Counted from the first letter of the stretch, positions 42,152-58,003 are shown. The stretch: 64,000 bases of DNA from the human T2T-CHM13v2.0 reference genome, Homo sapiens (GCF_009914755.1 NC_060929.1), one strand, 5' to 3'. Notes: generated by a model not told the origin, from the letters alone. Numbers and translations are program-made.

Positions 42152-42484
42152 GAGTGGTCCCCAACCTTTTTGGTACTAGGGTTCAGTTTCGTGGAAGATT
42201 ATTTTTCCATGCGAATTGCGTGGGGCAATGGTTTCAGGATGAAACTGTTCCAACTCAGATCATCAGGCATTAGATTCTCATAAGGAACATGCAACCTAGA
42301 TCCCTCGCATGCACAGTTCACAATCTTACTCCTATGAGAATCTGATGCCTCTGCTGATCTGATAGGAGGTGGAGTGCAGGCGGTAATGCTTGCTTGCCCA
42401 CTGCTCACCTCCTGCTGTGTGGCCTGATTCCTAATAGGCCACAGACCAGTACTGGTCCATGGCCCAGAGGCTTGGGGACCCATG
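42152..42484. mobile_element. MER1B-like element
   Basis: gtggtccccaacctttttgg...ttggggacc inverted termini; tcaggcattagattctcataagg. Confidence 0.82.
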
Positions 42485-42599
42485 GTGTAAAGAATGGATC
42501 AGAGTGGTATAAAGTATAGGTTAGTGAAGATAGGCTTCCTTTTGCTTCACTGAATACCACTAGCCTAGAGCAAGACCTCTAGCTAGAGTAAGTCATTAG

Positions 42600-42776
42600 C
42601 CAGAGTGTGGTCCCTAAAACAACCGTATCAGAATCACCTGGGAACTAGTTAGAAATCCAAATTATCAGGTTCCACCCCAGAACTAGTGAATCAGAAACTC
42701 TGGAAGTGGGACCAACCAATCTTTTATCAAGCCGTCTAGGTGATTCCAACACACACTCAAGTTAGAAAACCACTGC
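42600..42776. mobile_element. MER5A-like element
   Basis: atcagaatcacctgggaactagttagaaat...gaatcagaaactctgg...aaaaccactg. Confidence 0.75.
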
Positions 42777-42982
42777 TCCAGGCAGTTCATAGACAGCTGT
42801 AGAATAACTAGGGAGGCTTTCTTAACAAAGCGATGGCATCTCTATTTATCTCAGAGGAAGGTACAGAGTAGTTTTTCAGGGAAGTTGTAATAGTATTTGT
42901 ACCATGTGGGTTAAGAATTGGGGAAGTATGGAATATTGCTAGCAATACACTAATTATATTTTTGAAGAAAAAAGAAAGTATT

Positions 42983-44098
<1,116 letters not shown>

Positions 44099-44100
<2 letters not shown>

Positions 44101-44730
44101 AATGCTTTCACACTGTTGTTGGGAATGTAAATTAGCTCAACTATTGTGGAAGACAATGTGATTCCTCAAAGACCTGGAACCAGAAATACCATTTGACCCA
44201 GCAATCCCATTACTGGGTATATACCCAAAGGAATATAAATAATTATATTATAAAGATATGTGCACATGTATGTTCATTGCTGCACTGTTCACAATAGCAA
44301 GGACATGGAATCAACCCAAATGCCCATCAATGATAGACTGGATAAAGAATATGTGGTACATATACACCATGAAATACTATGCAGCTATAAAAAGGAATGA
44401 GATCATGTCCTTTGCAGGGACATGGATAAAGCTGGAAGCCATTATTCTCGGCAAACTAACACAGGAACAGAAAACCAAGCACCATTTTTCTCGTTTGTAA
44501 GTGGGAGCTGAACAATAAGAACACATGGATACAGGGAGGGGAACAACACACACTGGGGCCTGTTGAGGGTGGGTGAGGAAGAGCATCAGAAAAAATAGCT
44601 AATGCATGCTGGGCTTGATACTTAGGTGATGGGTTGATAGGTGCAGCAAACCACATTGGCACATACTTACCTATGTAACAAACATGCACATCCTGCGCAT
44701 GTACCCCAGAGCTTAAACAAAACAAAAAAC
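44099..44730 (+). mobile_element. L1PA 3' end (ORF2 C-terminus and 3'UTR), non-inverted part of the same insertion
   Basis: MFIAALFTIARTWNQPKCPSMIDWIK peptide; L1 3'UTR; degenerate tail caaaacaaaaaac. Confidence 0.93.
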
Positions 44731-45171
44731 CTTCACATTAACACCTGCGGAGTACTGGCTGATGACTTGGCTTTAAGTCTATTTATAGCTGGCCTTGTCA
44801 TCTAAGTTGAAAGGGCTTACAAAAATCTGAACCCCTTTGAAATAAATAAGGTGAATGAGGGTCAAAAAGAAAAAGAAAAAACAAAGTATTAAGGTTACTG
44901 GCTCATTTGTATTCTGAATTTAAAAGCCCCTTATTTTATGAATGTAAAACACATCAAGTTAATTATTCCCTTGTTTTTCCACTGTAGATTAATGACGTTA
45001 CATACATCAGTGACACTGTACATTTTAAAGTCTATTAATTTTATCACTTCTTGGGTCAGAGGAGAAACTTGTTCTTTAGCAGCCTCTGCTGACCTCTTTC
45101 AGGAAAATATTTATTGAGCACCTTCTTGAAGAAAGTCAGTTTGTAAAGATAAAAGAACTGTAGAGTGCTCC

Positions 45172-45534
45172 TGATATGGTTTGGCTGTGTCCTCATCCAG
45201 ATCTCATCTTGAATTGTAATTCCCATAATCCTCACATGTCATGGGAGGGACCTGGTAGGAGATAATCGAATCATGGGGGCAGTTTCCCCCCATGCTGTTC
45301 TCGTGATAGTGAGCGAGTTCTCATGAGAGCTGGTGGTTTTATAAGGGGCTTCCCTCTTCGTTAGGCATTCATTCTGTCTCCTGTCACCCTCTAGAGAGGT
45401 GCCTTGCACCATGATTATAAGTTTCCTGAGGCCTCCCCAGCCATGCAGAACCATGAGTCAATTAAACCTCTCTACTTTCTAAACTACCCAGTCTTGGGTA
45501 TTTCTTCATAGCAGCATGAGAATAAACTAATACA
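45172..45534 (+). mobile_element. THE1 solo LTR
   Basis: tgatatggtttggctgtgtcc...actaataca; perfect TSD gctcc. Confidence 0.92.
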
Positions 45535-46574
45535 GCTCCCAAGTTTTTCTGCAAAGTATATGGGTTTGAAATAGAATGGAGTTTCACAAGTGAGGAGTTA
45601 GAAAAAGAGACCACACACCTAAGAATGTCTGTTTTTTTTGGAAAATTTTTATCTATTACAAAATATACTAGGAGGATGTTTACAAAGCTCATTAATATTA
45701 CTGGAGATCAACTTTTAGAATTCTTGAACTAAAGCAGGGATAGAGAAGTTTCATTTCATATGCTGACTTTGATTGAACAGTAAAGATTGCTTAGAGTCCT
45801 GTTTTTGGGGAAAAACATGTCTGAGGCCCTCTCTGGGCTCAATGAGTGAGAATTCTGTGATTGATTGATTTCTGTGATGGGTGCTGAAATGAGAGAAGTT
45901 ACGTTATAAGCATTAGGTGAATTGTCATCCCTGCCTTGATTTCCCTCATTTAGTCAGATGGGATGACTTTAGTTATAAGACAGAAAATCAACTCAGACTA
46001 ATTTAAGCATAAAAGGAAATTTATTATCTCAGGTAACTAAATAGGCTGGGCTAACGGCTTTTAGCTCATTTTGATCTGGGAGTCAAATGACACGGGACTG
46101 GGTTTCTGTCTCTTGGCACCTTTGATAATGATCATGATGATAATGGTAATAACAGCTAACACATATAGTACTTCAATGTTTCAGATGCTTTTTATAAGCA
46201 CATTACATTTACTAATTCACTTAACCCTCAAAATGAGTCTATGAGGAGGTGGTAGTATTATCACTTGCATTTACAGTGGGGAAAGTGAAGCATAGAGAGA
46301 TTAAGTAACTTGTTCAGGAGTGTGCAAATGATGGACTCAGGATTAGTATCCATGTAGTCTGTTTCTAAAGCCCATGTTCTAAACCAGGCTTAGGCAAACT
46401 ATGTCCTGTGTGCCAAATCCTACCTGTGCCCATTCTTGTAAAAAAATTATTTTAAGTAACTTTAAAATAAATGTATTTGTTTGGAACACAGTCACACTCA
46501 TGTATAGATTGTCAGTAGATGATTTCATACTGCAATGAGAGTTGAGCAGTCACAACAGAGACTGTATGGCCTGC

Positions 46575-48924
46575 TATATTATTCCGTTCTCAGACTGTAA
46601 TAAAGAACTACCTGAGACTGGGTAATTTATGAAGAAAGAGCTTTAATTGACTCACAGTTCTGCAGGCTGTACAGGAAGCATGGCTGGAGGCCTCAGGTAA
46701 CTTACAATTATGGTGGCAGGTAAAGGGAAAGTAAACACAACCTACTGTGGTGAAGCAGGAGAGAGAGCAAGCAAAACGGGAAGTACTACACACTTTCAAA
46801 CTGCCAGATCTTATGAGAACTCACTATCATGAAAACAGGAAGGGGGAAATCTACCACCATGATCCAATCACCTCCCACCAAGTCCCTCCCCCAACATTGG
46901 GAATTACAATTCAACATGGGATTTGGGTGGGGACATAGAGCCAAACCATATCATACCACCCCCTGGTCCCTCCCAAATCTCATGTTCTTTTCATGTTTCA
47001 TAGCACAATCATGCCTTCCCAACAGTCCCCCAAAGTCTTAACTTATTCCAGCATTAACTCAAAAGTCCAAGTCCTAAGTCTCATCTGAGATGAAACGAGT
47101 CCCTTCTGCCTATGAGCCTGTAAAATAAAAAATAAGTTTGTTACTTCCAAGATACAATGGGGTTACAGGCATTGGGTAAATGCCCCCATTCAAAAAGGGA
47201 GAAATTGGCTAAAATGAAGGGGCTACAGGCCCCATGCAAGTCTGAAATCCAGCAGGGCAGACATTAAATCTTAAAGCTTCAAAATAATCTCTTTTGACTC
47301 CATGTCTCACATCCAGGCCACACTGATGCAAGGGGTGGGCTCCTAAGGCCTTGGGAAGCTCTGCCTCTGTTGCTCCACAGGGGAAAGCCCCCACTGCTGC
47401 TTTCTTGGGCTAGCATTGAGTGCCTGCAGCTTTTCCAGGCACATGGTGCAAGCTGTTGGTGGATTTACCATTCTAGGCTCTAGAAGACCATGGCCCTCTT
47501 CTCACAGCTCCACTAGGCAGTGCCCCAGTGGGGACTCTGTGTGGGGGCTCTGACCCCACATTTACCCTCTATACTTCCCTAGTAGAGGTTCTCCATGAGG
47601 GCTCTGCCCCTGTAGCAGACTTCTGCCTGGACATCCAGGCATTTCCATACATCCCCTGAAATCTAGGTGGAAGCTCCCAAACCTCAACTGTTGCCTTCTG
47701 CACACCTGCAGGCCCAAGACCACATAGAAGCCACCAAGGCTTGGGTCTTGCACCCTCTGAAACAATGGTCAGAGGTGTACTTTGGCCCCATTTGCCATGG
47801 CTGGAGCTGGAGTGATGGGATGCAGGGCACCACATTCCAAGGCTGCACATAGCAGCAGGGCTGTGGTTCTGGCCCAGAAAACCATTTTTCCCTCCTAGGT
47901 CTCCAGGCCTGTGGTGGGAGGGCCTGCCGTGAAGGTCTCTGAAATGCCTTGGAAGCATTTTCCCTATTGTCTTGGATATTAACATTTGGCTCTTCTTTAC
48001 ACATATTTATGCAGCCTTAAATTCCTCCCCAGAAAATGGGTTTCTCTTTTCTGTTGCATGGTCAGGCTGCAAAATTTCTAAACTTTTATGCTCTGCTTTC
48101 CTTTTAAATGTAAGTTCTATTTTCAGGTCATTTCTTTGTTTATGCAAATGGGCATAGGCTTTTAGAAGCATCCAGGCCACATCCTGAACACTTTGCTGTT
48201 TAGAAATTTCTTCTGCCAGATACCCTAAATAATCTCTCTCAAGTTCAAAATTCCACAGATCTCTAGAGCAGGGGCCCAATGCCACCATTCTTTTTGCTAA
48301 AGCATAGTAAGAGTGACCCTTACTTCAGTTACCAATAAGTTCCTCATCTCCATCTGAGATCACCTCAGCCTGGGCTTTACTGTCTGTGTCACAATCAGCA
48401 TTTTGGTCACAGCCATTTAACAAGTCTCTAGGAAGTTCCAAACTCTTCCTCAACTTCCTGTTGTCTTCTGAGCTCTCCAAACTCTACTAACTCCTGCCCA
48501 TTACCCAGTTCCAAAGTCGGTTCCACATTTTCAGGTATCTGTATAGCAGTGCCCCACTTCTCTGGTACGAATTTTCTGTATTAGTCTGTTATTACACTGC
48601 TACAAAGAACTACCTGAGACTGGTTAATTTATGAAGAAAAGAGGTTTAATTGACCCACAGTTCTGCAGGCTGTACAGAAAGCATGACTGGGAGGTGAAGG
48701 GGAAGCAGCATGTCTTACATGACCAGAGAATAAGGAAGAGAGAACGAAGGGGGAGGTATACCACACTTTCAAATAACCAGATCTCCTGAGAACTCACTAT
48801 CACAAGAACAGCAAGGGAGAAATTAGCTCCCATGATCCAATCACTTCCCACCAGGTCCCTCCCCAACATTGGGAATCACAATTCGACATGAGATTTGGTT
48901 GGCGACACACAGCAAACCATATCA
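46575..48924 (-). mobile_element. Complete THE1D/MST-type LTR-internal-LTR element, inserted into a MER58A
   Basis: LTRs at 46575-46953 and 48577-48924; TSD cctgc; MER58 halves at about 46385-46574 and 48925-48985. Confidence 0.9.
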
Positions 48925-49884
48925 CCTGCTAAGCTTAAAATATTTACTATCTGACCCTTTATAAGAAGAATTTACCAACCTTTGCTCTAAACAACTGTGC
49001 CATATTGGATTCTACCATTCCTAGGCTTCATATGGTGGCAAGATGGCTGCAGCTGCTCCTACTCCTAATCCTTTTTTTTTCACCTTCATAAAGAACATAT
49101 CTAGTTCCCTGATTCCTCAAATGAAGCCCTAGAATTGAGTCTTGCTTGCCCTGATTGGCCTGATTTTGGTCATCACTAAACTGCCCAGCCCCACTGCTCC
49201 ATCCCTGAAACTAGGAATGAAGTCAGCTTCATTCACCGTATATGGCTGGAGGTCAAGAAAGAGTATTCCATCCTAAGATGACATCTAGAGAGTTTACTGT
49301 GGGAAAAACATCAGAATTCTGGGTAGTAAAAACAAATATTGATTGTATTAATAATGGCCTATTTAGTGCATTTGCTTATTTAATTACATGAATGTAAATA
49401 TTTGATGTAAATGGAAAAATTGGATGGAAATATTTCAGTAATGTGCCCAGATAGCTATGCAGGAAGGCAACTTTTCTACCCCCATCTCTCATGAGAGGCC
49501 AGTTGCTAATTAGTGGCTATTCTTTCTAAGGATTGTCCCAAAAAGATCACTGAAAGTGGGAGAGTGAGGAAGAATTCTGAAAGGAGAGAAGTTAAACCTA
49601 TCCCCAACTGCTAACTTGAGCACTGCTTCCCTTTCAGTCAAAGCTGCTGCAACCTTTGTAACTTTCCTTTATCCTGTTACGTATGCATTTCTTGGTTCCT
49701 TGCCTTGTCTAGCTGCAAATATGGCACTAACTTAATATGTTTTTCATGACTCATAGTTGTCATAAATATACTGTCCTTGGTTGTGGTGCAGTGAGGCGTT
49801 TCAGGGCTCATGACATGCATTTGGGGCTGTTTTCCCCAAAAATCCTAACTTATGTTGTTAGGGTGTTTGGTCCCTGTGTTAGCC

Positions 49885-50720
49885 TTTTAAATATCTTTTT
49901 ATGAAGTATAATACACAAACAGAAAATCACAAAGAACAAATCTAGAACTTAATGAATTATCATAAAGGGAAAGTCCTTTAAAATGGTAAATTTGTAGTGT
50001 GTCAGCCTCCCTGAAGCCCCTCTGAATCCCTCCACCTGGTCATTCTCTCTTCTTTCCCTTACAGACAACCATTGTCATTAATTCTAAAGTAACCACTTTC
50101 TTGCTTTTCTTTATAGTTTTACCACCTAAGTACCACCCTAAACACTATAGTCTTGTTTTGCACATTTGTGAATTTTATGTAATTGTAGTTGGAAAACATA
50201 TATTCTTTTGTCTGATTTCTTTTTCTCAACCTCATATTTGTAAGATTCATAAGGTTGCTGTGAAGAATTATCATTCATTCCTTTTCATTGATAGCATTCC
50301 ATTTTGTGGGAAGAACATACTGTTTTGTTCTACTATTGATGGTCATTTGTATTTTCTAATTTTAGCGTTTGTGAATAGTGTTGCTATGAATTTCTCTCCT
50401 GGTGTACTATATGCGCATTTGTTGGATATTTACTTAGAAGTTGGTCATAAGGTATAACATAGGGTATTATATGTATTGCCATATGTTAGTATTGATTGAT
50501 TTCATTGATTTATATATTACTGGATTATAGAATCTGAGTATCTAATATTACTAGGTAATAACAAAGAGTTTTCCAAAGTGTGCTGGGTTATAATCTTGCC
50601 ACTAGTGTATGAGAGTTCCAGCTGTAATATGTCTTTGCCAACGTTTGTTAGTGTCAAACCTTCTCATTTTTTATGTTCATTGATTCTTTTGAATATTGTC
50701 TTTTGTGAATTGCCTTCAAG
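49885..50720 (-). mobile_element. Old L1M remnant
   Basis: tgaagtataatacac, gttttccaaagtg, gtgtatgagagttcca motifs. Confidence 0.55.
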
Positions 50721-51059
50721 TCCCATACCCACTTTTCTACCAGGTTTTTTTTTTTGTAAATATGATTTGGAGAAACTATTTTTCAAAGACAGAACGCTAT
50801 TCTCTTATCTCCATCTCCATGATATCTGTTGCTAATGGTCCTTGTACCTGTGATGCCTCCTCCTCTTTTGCTTTGGGTGGTCTCCTTCCCCTGTATCCTG
50901 GGGTCCTCTCCTCACTAACATATTCAGATTCTGCATTTTCCCTGGGTCATCGCCTCCATGAAGACCACTACACACTGATGACTAACTCTCCATCATATTT
51001 AGTGACATTCCAGTGATAGATCTTTTTATCTTGAGGCCTGTTGGGGGATCTCTCTTCAC

Positions 51060-51850
51060 CTCTCTGCTCCACTGGCTTCTCAAATCCAGTATGTCCAAAA
51101 TTAGACTCTATCTTTTCCTCCCCCTTGAACCTACCACTGTTTCTTTATTCTCCGTCTCTGTTCATGCCTTTGTTTATCATCTTAGCTATCAATCTAGGCA
51201 TCTTCATCCACTTCTCTTTCTTAGCACTCATCAAATCACTCTCTAAGTTATATTGATTTTACTTCTTCAGTTTTTCCCTCATCCCTAGTTCAGACTCTTA
51301 TAATCTCTCTCCTGGACCACTTCAATAGCTTCCTAAGTAGGCTCCCTGCCTTCAATCTTGTCCACTACAAATGTGTCATTTACACAGTTGCCAAAGTGAT
51401 CTTCAAAAATGTGATTCCAACGATGTCAATTCTCTTATAATCTTCCAGCAGCACTCCACAGCTTGAGTGAAGTCTAAGCTCTCTAAATGGCCCTCTGCAA
51501 TCTGGGCCCTGCTACCTCACTAGCACTTGAGACAGTCTTAGCCAAGAGTCTTTCCTTTCAGCAAAATCAAACTGCTTGTGCTACTCAGAAAGAGGTAGTG
51601 CTTCTTAACCATTGCTCATGTTTGTGCTCCCCGATCGGCCCCGGTCATCTTTGAAGGTCTAATTCACTTTCATCTTCAGGGGATTAGATGTTCTAACTCT
51701 ATGTACCCATAATAATCTATGTATATTTCTGCTATTGCATACACCATGTTGTATTTAAGTCATCCTGTTGAGATGGCATTCGTATTAGATGTTATTCCTT
51801 AAGGACAGGGATTGTGCCTTGTTTGTATCTTACACTGTGACATATGATCA
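51060..51850. mobile_element. L2 remnants
   Basis: ctctctcctggaccacttcaatagcttcctaagtaggctccctgcc...acagttgccaaagtgatctt. Confidence 0.55.
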
Positions 51851-52568
51851 GGTATGGAATACTTGGTTGCTCAGATGAAGGAAAAATAATATTTAATCTT
51901 GTGGGTAAATGATATTTAATGTGATAGATACATGCAGTGAGCCCATTTGTGTAAACATGGATGTCAGTGAGGCTTGGTGTGAGGCACTTCCCCCAGGGCT
52001 ACTTGCAGACCTGTCTTTGAATGGTACACCAGGCAAAAATGCTGAATGTTCCTGGGTAGGAATTAAAACTTCTTATCAAGGATGTCGACTCATTGGTTTT
52101 AGGCACATGGAAAAATAAAGACAACAATAACAATGAAATAAAACTGATTTTAGAAGTTCAAAAGACCTGGTTTCTATCCTGGCCTTGGAATAATTCTTCA
52201 TGTAACCTTGGGAAGTTGTCACCATCCTTCTGGTCACAAAAGTGCCTGAGTAAGTTGAAATGTCTCCAAAAGCAATAATGTTTAATTACTGCTCACCACC
52301 TGGACAGTTATGTAATAACGAGCATGTAAAAAAGGAAGTCGTTACAATCTTATGTGGAGTCATATAACCTTATTATCAACAAAGCCAGTGGAGCCTTAAT
52401 TTGTAAATGGATCCCCAATCCTGATGTAAAATACAATAAAAAAATTTACAATCTTTGCTTCCAGTTTGGGTCCTTATGCAGCTGGGAAGCATCCTCCATT
52501 TCTACAAGGATAATGAATTCCGAGATGATTCCCTGAGAGGAAAGAAGCCTGTTAATGGGACACTGAGG

Positions 52569-52569
<1 letters not shown>

Positions 52570-52635
<66 letters not shown>
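52570..52635 (+). repeat. Compound (TG)n(AG)n microsatellite
   Basis: About 20 TG units followed by about 13 AG units. Confidence 0.95.
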
Positions 52636-52651
52636 GTCACATTAGGAAGAA

Positions 52652-52657
52652 TTTATT
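52652..52657 (-). terminator. Candidate distal polyadenylation signal AATAAA
   Basis: tttatt on +, followed on the minus strand by a (TC)n(AC)n tract; use as a poly(A) site is inferred. Confidence 0.4.
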
Positions 52658-52986
52658 GAATGCTAGATAACATGGAAAAGCTATAATTACTGTTCTTGGT
52701 GAAGCCTCTCCAGAGTTTCTCTTGGGACACCGTGGGATTCATTTGAGAACAATGGAGTTAATGAATCAACCCCGTGCTGGTCAAAGTGAAGAGCTTCTTT
52801 GAGTCATGATCCATGCCTGAAATGGTATTTCATTTTGTACTTTGAAAAAATCAGCTTTTTGAGCTGAACTTTCTTGTTCCATGATGGATACTTTCTCGGT
52901 TTCTATGATATTTGTCTGATCTTCAATGAATGTATTAATTCTCGAGTTTCAGCTGATTCTTTCATCAAGAAACATCACAAATTACC

Positions 52987-53414
52987 TCTATTAGTCTGTT
53001 CTTGCATTGCTATAAAGAAAAACCCGAGACTGGGTAATTTGTAAAGGAATGAGGTTTAATTGGCTCATGGTTCCACAGGCTGTACAGGAAGCATGGTGCT
53101 GACATCTGCTCAGCTTCTGGAGAGGCCTCTGGATACTTACAATCATGGCAGAAGGCAAAGGGGGAGCCAGCATATCTTACATGGCAGGAACAGGAGCAAG
53201 AGAGACAGAGGGGAGGTTCTTCACACCTTTAAACAACCAGATCTCGTGAGAACTTACTCACTATCACGAGAATAGCACCAAGAAGATGGTGCTAAACCAT
53301 GCATGAGAAATCCACCTCCACGATCCAATCACCTCCCACCTGGCCCCACCTCAAACACTGGGGATTACAATTTGACATGAGATTATGGTGAGGACACAGA
53401 TCCAAATCATGTCA
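52987..53414 (-). mobile_element. MSTA-like solo LTR
   Basis: tattagtctgttcttgcattgctataaag...ggaagcatggtgctgacatctgctcagcttctgg...ggacacagatccaaatcatgtca. Confidence 0.88.
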
Positions 53415-56400
53415 ATATGTAATTAACCTTTCTGCCTTTTCAAAAATAATATGAAAAATAAGAACTGTTGTCCTTCTTCTCGTCAGGGAGGAAATGAGGG
53501 GTTTAAATAAATGCACCATTGACCACCTTCTGCCTTTTTCCTGTTAGAGTCCAGCATAGACTGAAAGGCCATTCCGCAGTGTATTTCAGATCAGTTCTGT
53601 ATTGTGGCTTGTATGTAATATGACTCACTTTACTTTCCTTTACGGAGAAATAGATTGTCTTTAATATGCAACTATGATTGTTTGCTGTTCTCTTTATATA
53701 TTCAGGCTGAGTCTTCATAAGCCACCTGCATTTGGAGTTGAAAACCAATGGTCTAGATGAAATATGACTTTCAATTATGCCACAGTCAGAGAAGCTGAAA
53801 TAAGAAAGCCACACTGGAGGAAGTCAAGTTTATCTTATTGGAGTGAATTGGGCATGTAGAATAAAATCCAGCATTCACTCAGCACACAGCCCCACTGACC
53901 CTATTGTTCATCCCCCTCCAATTTATTGTTGTATTTCCCAGCTGCCCACAGAGCTTCCCCTGCAATATTGTGGACACCCAGGCAAATGAAAATGCCAATC
54001 TTCTCCCATCCCTGTCTTGCTGTATTAGGCATGTGCTCAGCTCTGAAAGATTTCTTTGGGGGTCTTGCCTTTCCCTAAGAACATCTAGGGGAAGGTTTGT
54101 CTCACCTCTTGTTTCCAAGTGGGAGGGTTGAGAATAATAGCTCTTGTCACTTCCCTTTGCCTTGTTATGGGGAATATTTAGTGCTGCAGCCTGGGTGTGG
54201 GGGCAATATCTTGGATGTGATAATGTTGCTTCCTGCATCAGTGAACATGGTATTGATTGTAAGCTGTCAACCTTTCTGCATGCTTTTCAGGGTCCCAGAA
54301 GGCTAACTACTGCAGGGAAGGTAATGCATCAGGCAGGGACACATATGCTCTATTAACTAACACTGCAATCTAAGCTTGATCACTTGCTTTTAACACATCT
54401 TGGCTCACTGGCTCCCAATTTTTTCTTAATTCCCTGACTCCTCTGAGCAGTCCTCTGATGCCCTGTTTGGATCTCCATATATCATTCAAACTCCCAATGG
54501 CATGCCGCTCATCTTATAAGCTTCCTGTGGGCAAGTGCTGTGCCTGACTTCCTTACACGTTTATTTGTTCATTCATTCAACAAAACTTTTGAGCACCTAC
54601 TATGAGCCAGACAATGTTCTGTGCTCTGGGGATACAGGAGTGGCCTAAACAATGATGCAGTCCTCATGGAACTAAGGGTGGTTGAGAAAGCATCTCTGAG
54701 GAGGTGACATTTGAGCTGAGTTTATCAGTATATCCCCTGTGGCTGGACTATAAGTATTTGCGAAGTTTGGAAACCATATTTCCTCATTTTAGTGCCTCAT
54801 AGCCTGGCTATTGGAGAAGCTCCTGATATGTGAACCACACTAAGTCCATGCATTATTATTTTTCAGATCATGCATTATTGCCCACTCACCTTACCATGTC
54901 TCCTTATTTCTCTTGGTCTGCCTTCCTACTTTTTACTAATCAGTCATACCAGAGTGTTGTGAATTCCATATATATATAGCATATGCTGTTTTGCCTCCAC
55001 TGTCCTATCCTGATGTCTGGAATATGCTTTTCCTTTCTCTTCTCCTGGATAACTCACTCCCTTTATCTTTCGGATTTCACCTTGGGAATCACCTCCTCTG
55101 GGAAGCTTCTGGTCTGGATGAGTTAGTGCTCCTTTGTGTCCTCCTGGCACCCAGACACATCCATCATAGTGCATATGTTTTATAGGATTAGCAGAACTGT
55201 AGCAAGAAATGTGCACTGAATGCATATTTGTGGGCCAGGCATCCTTCTAAGAGCTTTGTGCATATTAAATCATGCAATCTTCACAGCAATTTTATGAGAT
55301 AGATGTCGTTTTTATCCTTATCTCATAATGAGAAAATCGAGGCACAGAGAGGTTGTCATTTTTCTAGGTTGCTCAGCTTTTACATGGTGGAGCTCAGATT
55401 TTAACCCAGGCAGGCAGGCTGGCAGGCTCGGTATCCTGGGCTCTTGACATTCCACTGCCACCATTGCCTGTGAGTTTGTCTGCACCTCCCGCTATCTGTG
55501 AGCTGTGTGAAGATGGAGCTGTCACTGCTGCTTCCACAGACCACCCTGGCATGGGCTTGGCAGGCAGTACATGAACAATCATTAACCATTTAGTAAATGA
55601 ATGAATGAATGCATGAAATTCGCCCAACTGAGCAACTGTTTAGAGTTCCAAAATGTTGCTTTTCCTTTTACCACTGAGGAAAGCCCCTGTTCCCTTCTAC
55701 TCCAGCTTCCTCAGTCTTCCATGACTCCCACAAGTATGTATTACTCTGGCTGGAAGGGAGGGCATCCCTAGCCAACCAGAGCAAGAATCACAGCAATCAT
55801 GGCTTGTTCCTACAATTTCTGGGTTTCTGTCAAATATGAGTTATGAAGAAGTGTCCTCTCCACTCTTTCTCAAACCAAATACAGCAGCCAAAATGATTGG
55901 AGTGGCAACTGAGAGGGCTTGAGATGGGCAAGCAGGAGCTGTTCAGTGGGCACTGTTCACCCAGGAAAACCCAGGTTGACTTTTTGGGGAATGAGCAGCA
56001 GGGGCGGGAAGGCTGGGAGTGGACTGGGATCTGTCTTGGCAGTGGCTAAGCCCCTTCTTCTGGCCTGACAGTGATCATTGCTTTGATTGCAGCTGAGGCA
56101 GGGATCAGCGGAGATGGCAGATCATGATGGTTCTGCCACCAGCAGTTTAACCAATGGGGCATGGAATATCTAAATTGGGGGACAGTTAATCAGTCATAAT
56201 AAGGTCAAAGTCAGAAGTTGGAGACCTGTGAGCCACTTGACTTCACTCTCTGCTTTGATGACAGACCAAATTTGTATTCTTGGTCAGCTGTCAGGCAATA
56301 TTTAGTCACAGAGAAATGGCGTGTTTGTGAGTATCCACGCTAGGGAAAATAATCAAGCCAAGGTAACTCTGCATTACCAATAACTGTGATGGAAGAAGTA

Positions 56401-57151
56401 TAGGATCTGGAACAGGATAGATCTAGATAAAACTTCCTGCTACGTCATCTAACCCTTTTGAGTCTGTTTCTCGCTATAAAAATGGAATAATACATCTACC
56501 TATCAGGTGATTAACAATGATTTAAAACAGTGCCTCTCCCAATGCCTGTCATTGCAATAACTACTCAGGAAATATTGGTTTCCTTTTATTCTTTCCGTCT
56601 ACTTTACACTTAAATACAGTGCTTAAAATAAGGTTTAATAAATATTTGTTATTGGATGAACAAAAGGAAAAAGGGGTAGGCTAGTTCTAGTATGTCGAAA
56701 ATGTGTTTCTAATGGAAGGAGAGAAACATTGGCTTTCTGTTTCCATGCCATATGGATTTTGCTTCATATTCTGGTATATGTTGGTCTACCTATTGGAAAC
56801 GCTGTATCATGCTTTGTTGAGCAAATTTAGTTAAAATTCTGCTTAGATGACACATTCTGAGAACCTTTTCTTATCACTCATTGATTAACTATTTCTTCCT
56901 CTGTATGACTTCTGCCCTTCATAGATATCTCATTGTAAAAATGTTTACAGTATGCAAATATGCACTTTCTCCTATGTGAGTGTCATCTCTTGGAGGGCAG
57001 GGGCCAGTGGTTTAAATATCTTAGTAACTCCAGCCCCTTGTCTAGAACCTGGCTGCCTGACACATCCCAGGCAACCAATGAATCTTTAATTCATTGAGCT
57101 TATGGGTCATTACTGGGGCTTGTTTTCTGATCAGTAACTTCCATCTACATG

Positions 57152-57154
<3 letters not shown>

Positions 57155-57195
<41 letters not shown>
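57155..57195 (+). repeat. (AC)n microsatellite
   Basis: About 20 AC units. Confidence 0.95.
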
Positions 57196-57197
<2 letters not shown>

Positions 57198-58003
57198 ATG
57201 TATGATGGGGATAGTGGATAAGAACTTTAACTAAAACTGCCTGGCTTTGTCACTTGTGAACTGTGTAAATTTGGTTGTCATTCATCTGTTTCTGTATCTA
57301 TAAAATGAGAACAACAATAGTATCTGCATCTGGAGTTTTAGGGGTAAATAAGTCAATACATGTGAAATTTGTAGAACAAAGCCTGGCTTATAATAAGTGC
57401 TCAATAAATGTTAGCAACTATTGTATGTTAGAGCTGTATTTTAACAGCTCTGGCTTTAGAGTCAGATACCTTGAGTTGGAGTCCTGGTTCCATCTCTCTC
57501 GGGCTTTGTGCCCTTGGCTAGGTTGACAACTTGAGTCTATTTTCTCATTTGCAAAATGGAAATACTAATGCCACCATGGGGTCTGGGAGAGGAGATAATG
57601 AGATGAGGCATGGAAAGCAATAGTATATTACCCATCACTGTTGTTGCTATTATTAGTTTATGGTGCTTTAAACCTATCAAAATAGTTGTAAGTAAATGGA
57701 TTTCTTGTTCTCCCAATAACAATTCTCTGAGCTAGGATAGATGTCTTTCTGGCCATTTTACAGGTGATGACACTGACATAGGGACTGAGTGGGTAGCTTA
57801 AGTTCCATGGTTACCAGGAGCAGGACCCACGTTTCCTGTCTCCCAGTCTCATCCTTTTTCCACTGACCAGGTTGGTTGCTCCCTTGGAAAGCAGTCCCTG
57901 AGAGTTGACTTAGAAGTTCAGGGGGAAGAGGTGGATGAAGGCATGTTGGATGCACAGTGAATCAGGTTGCAGTGTGAATGTTTCTCAGTGGTGTGTCTAG
58001 ACT

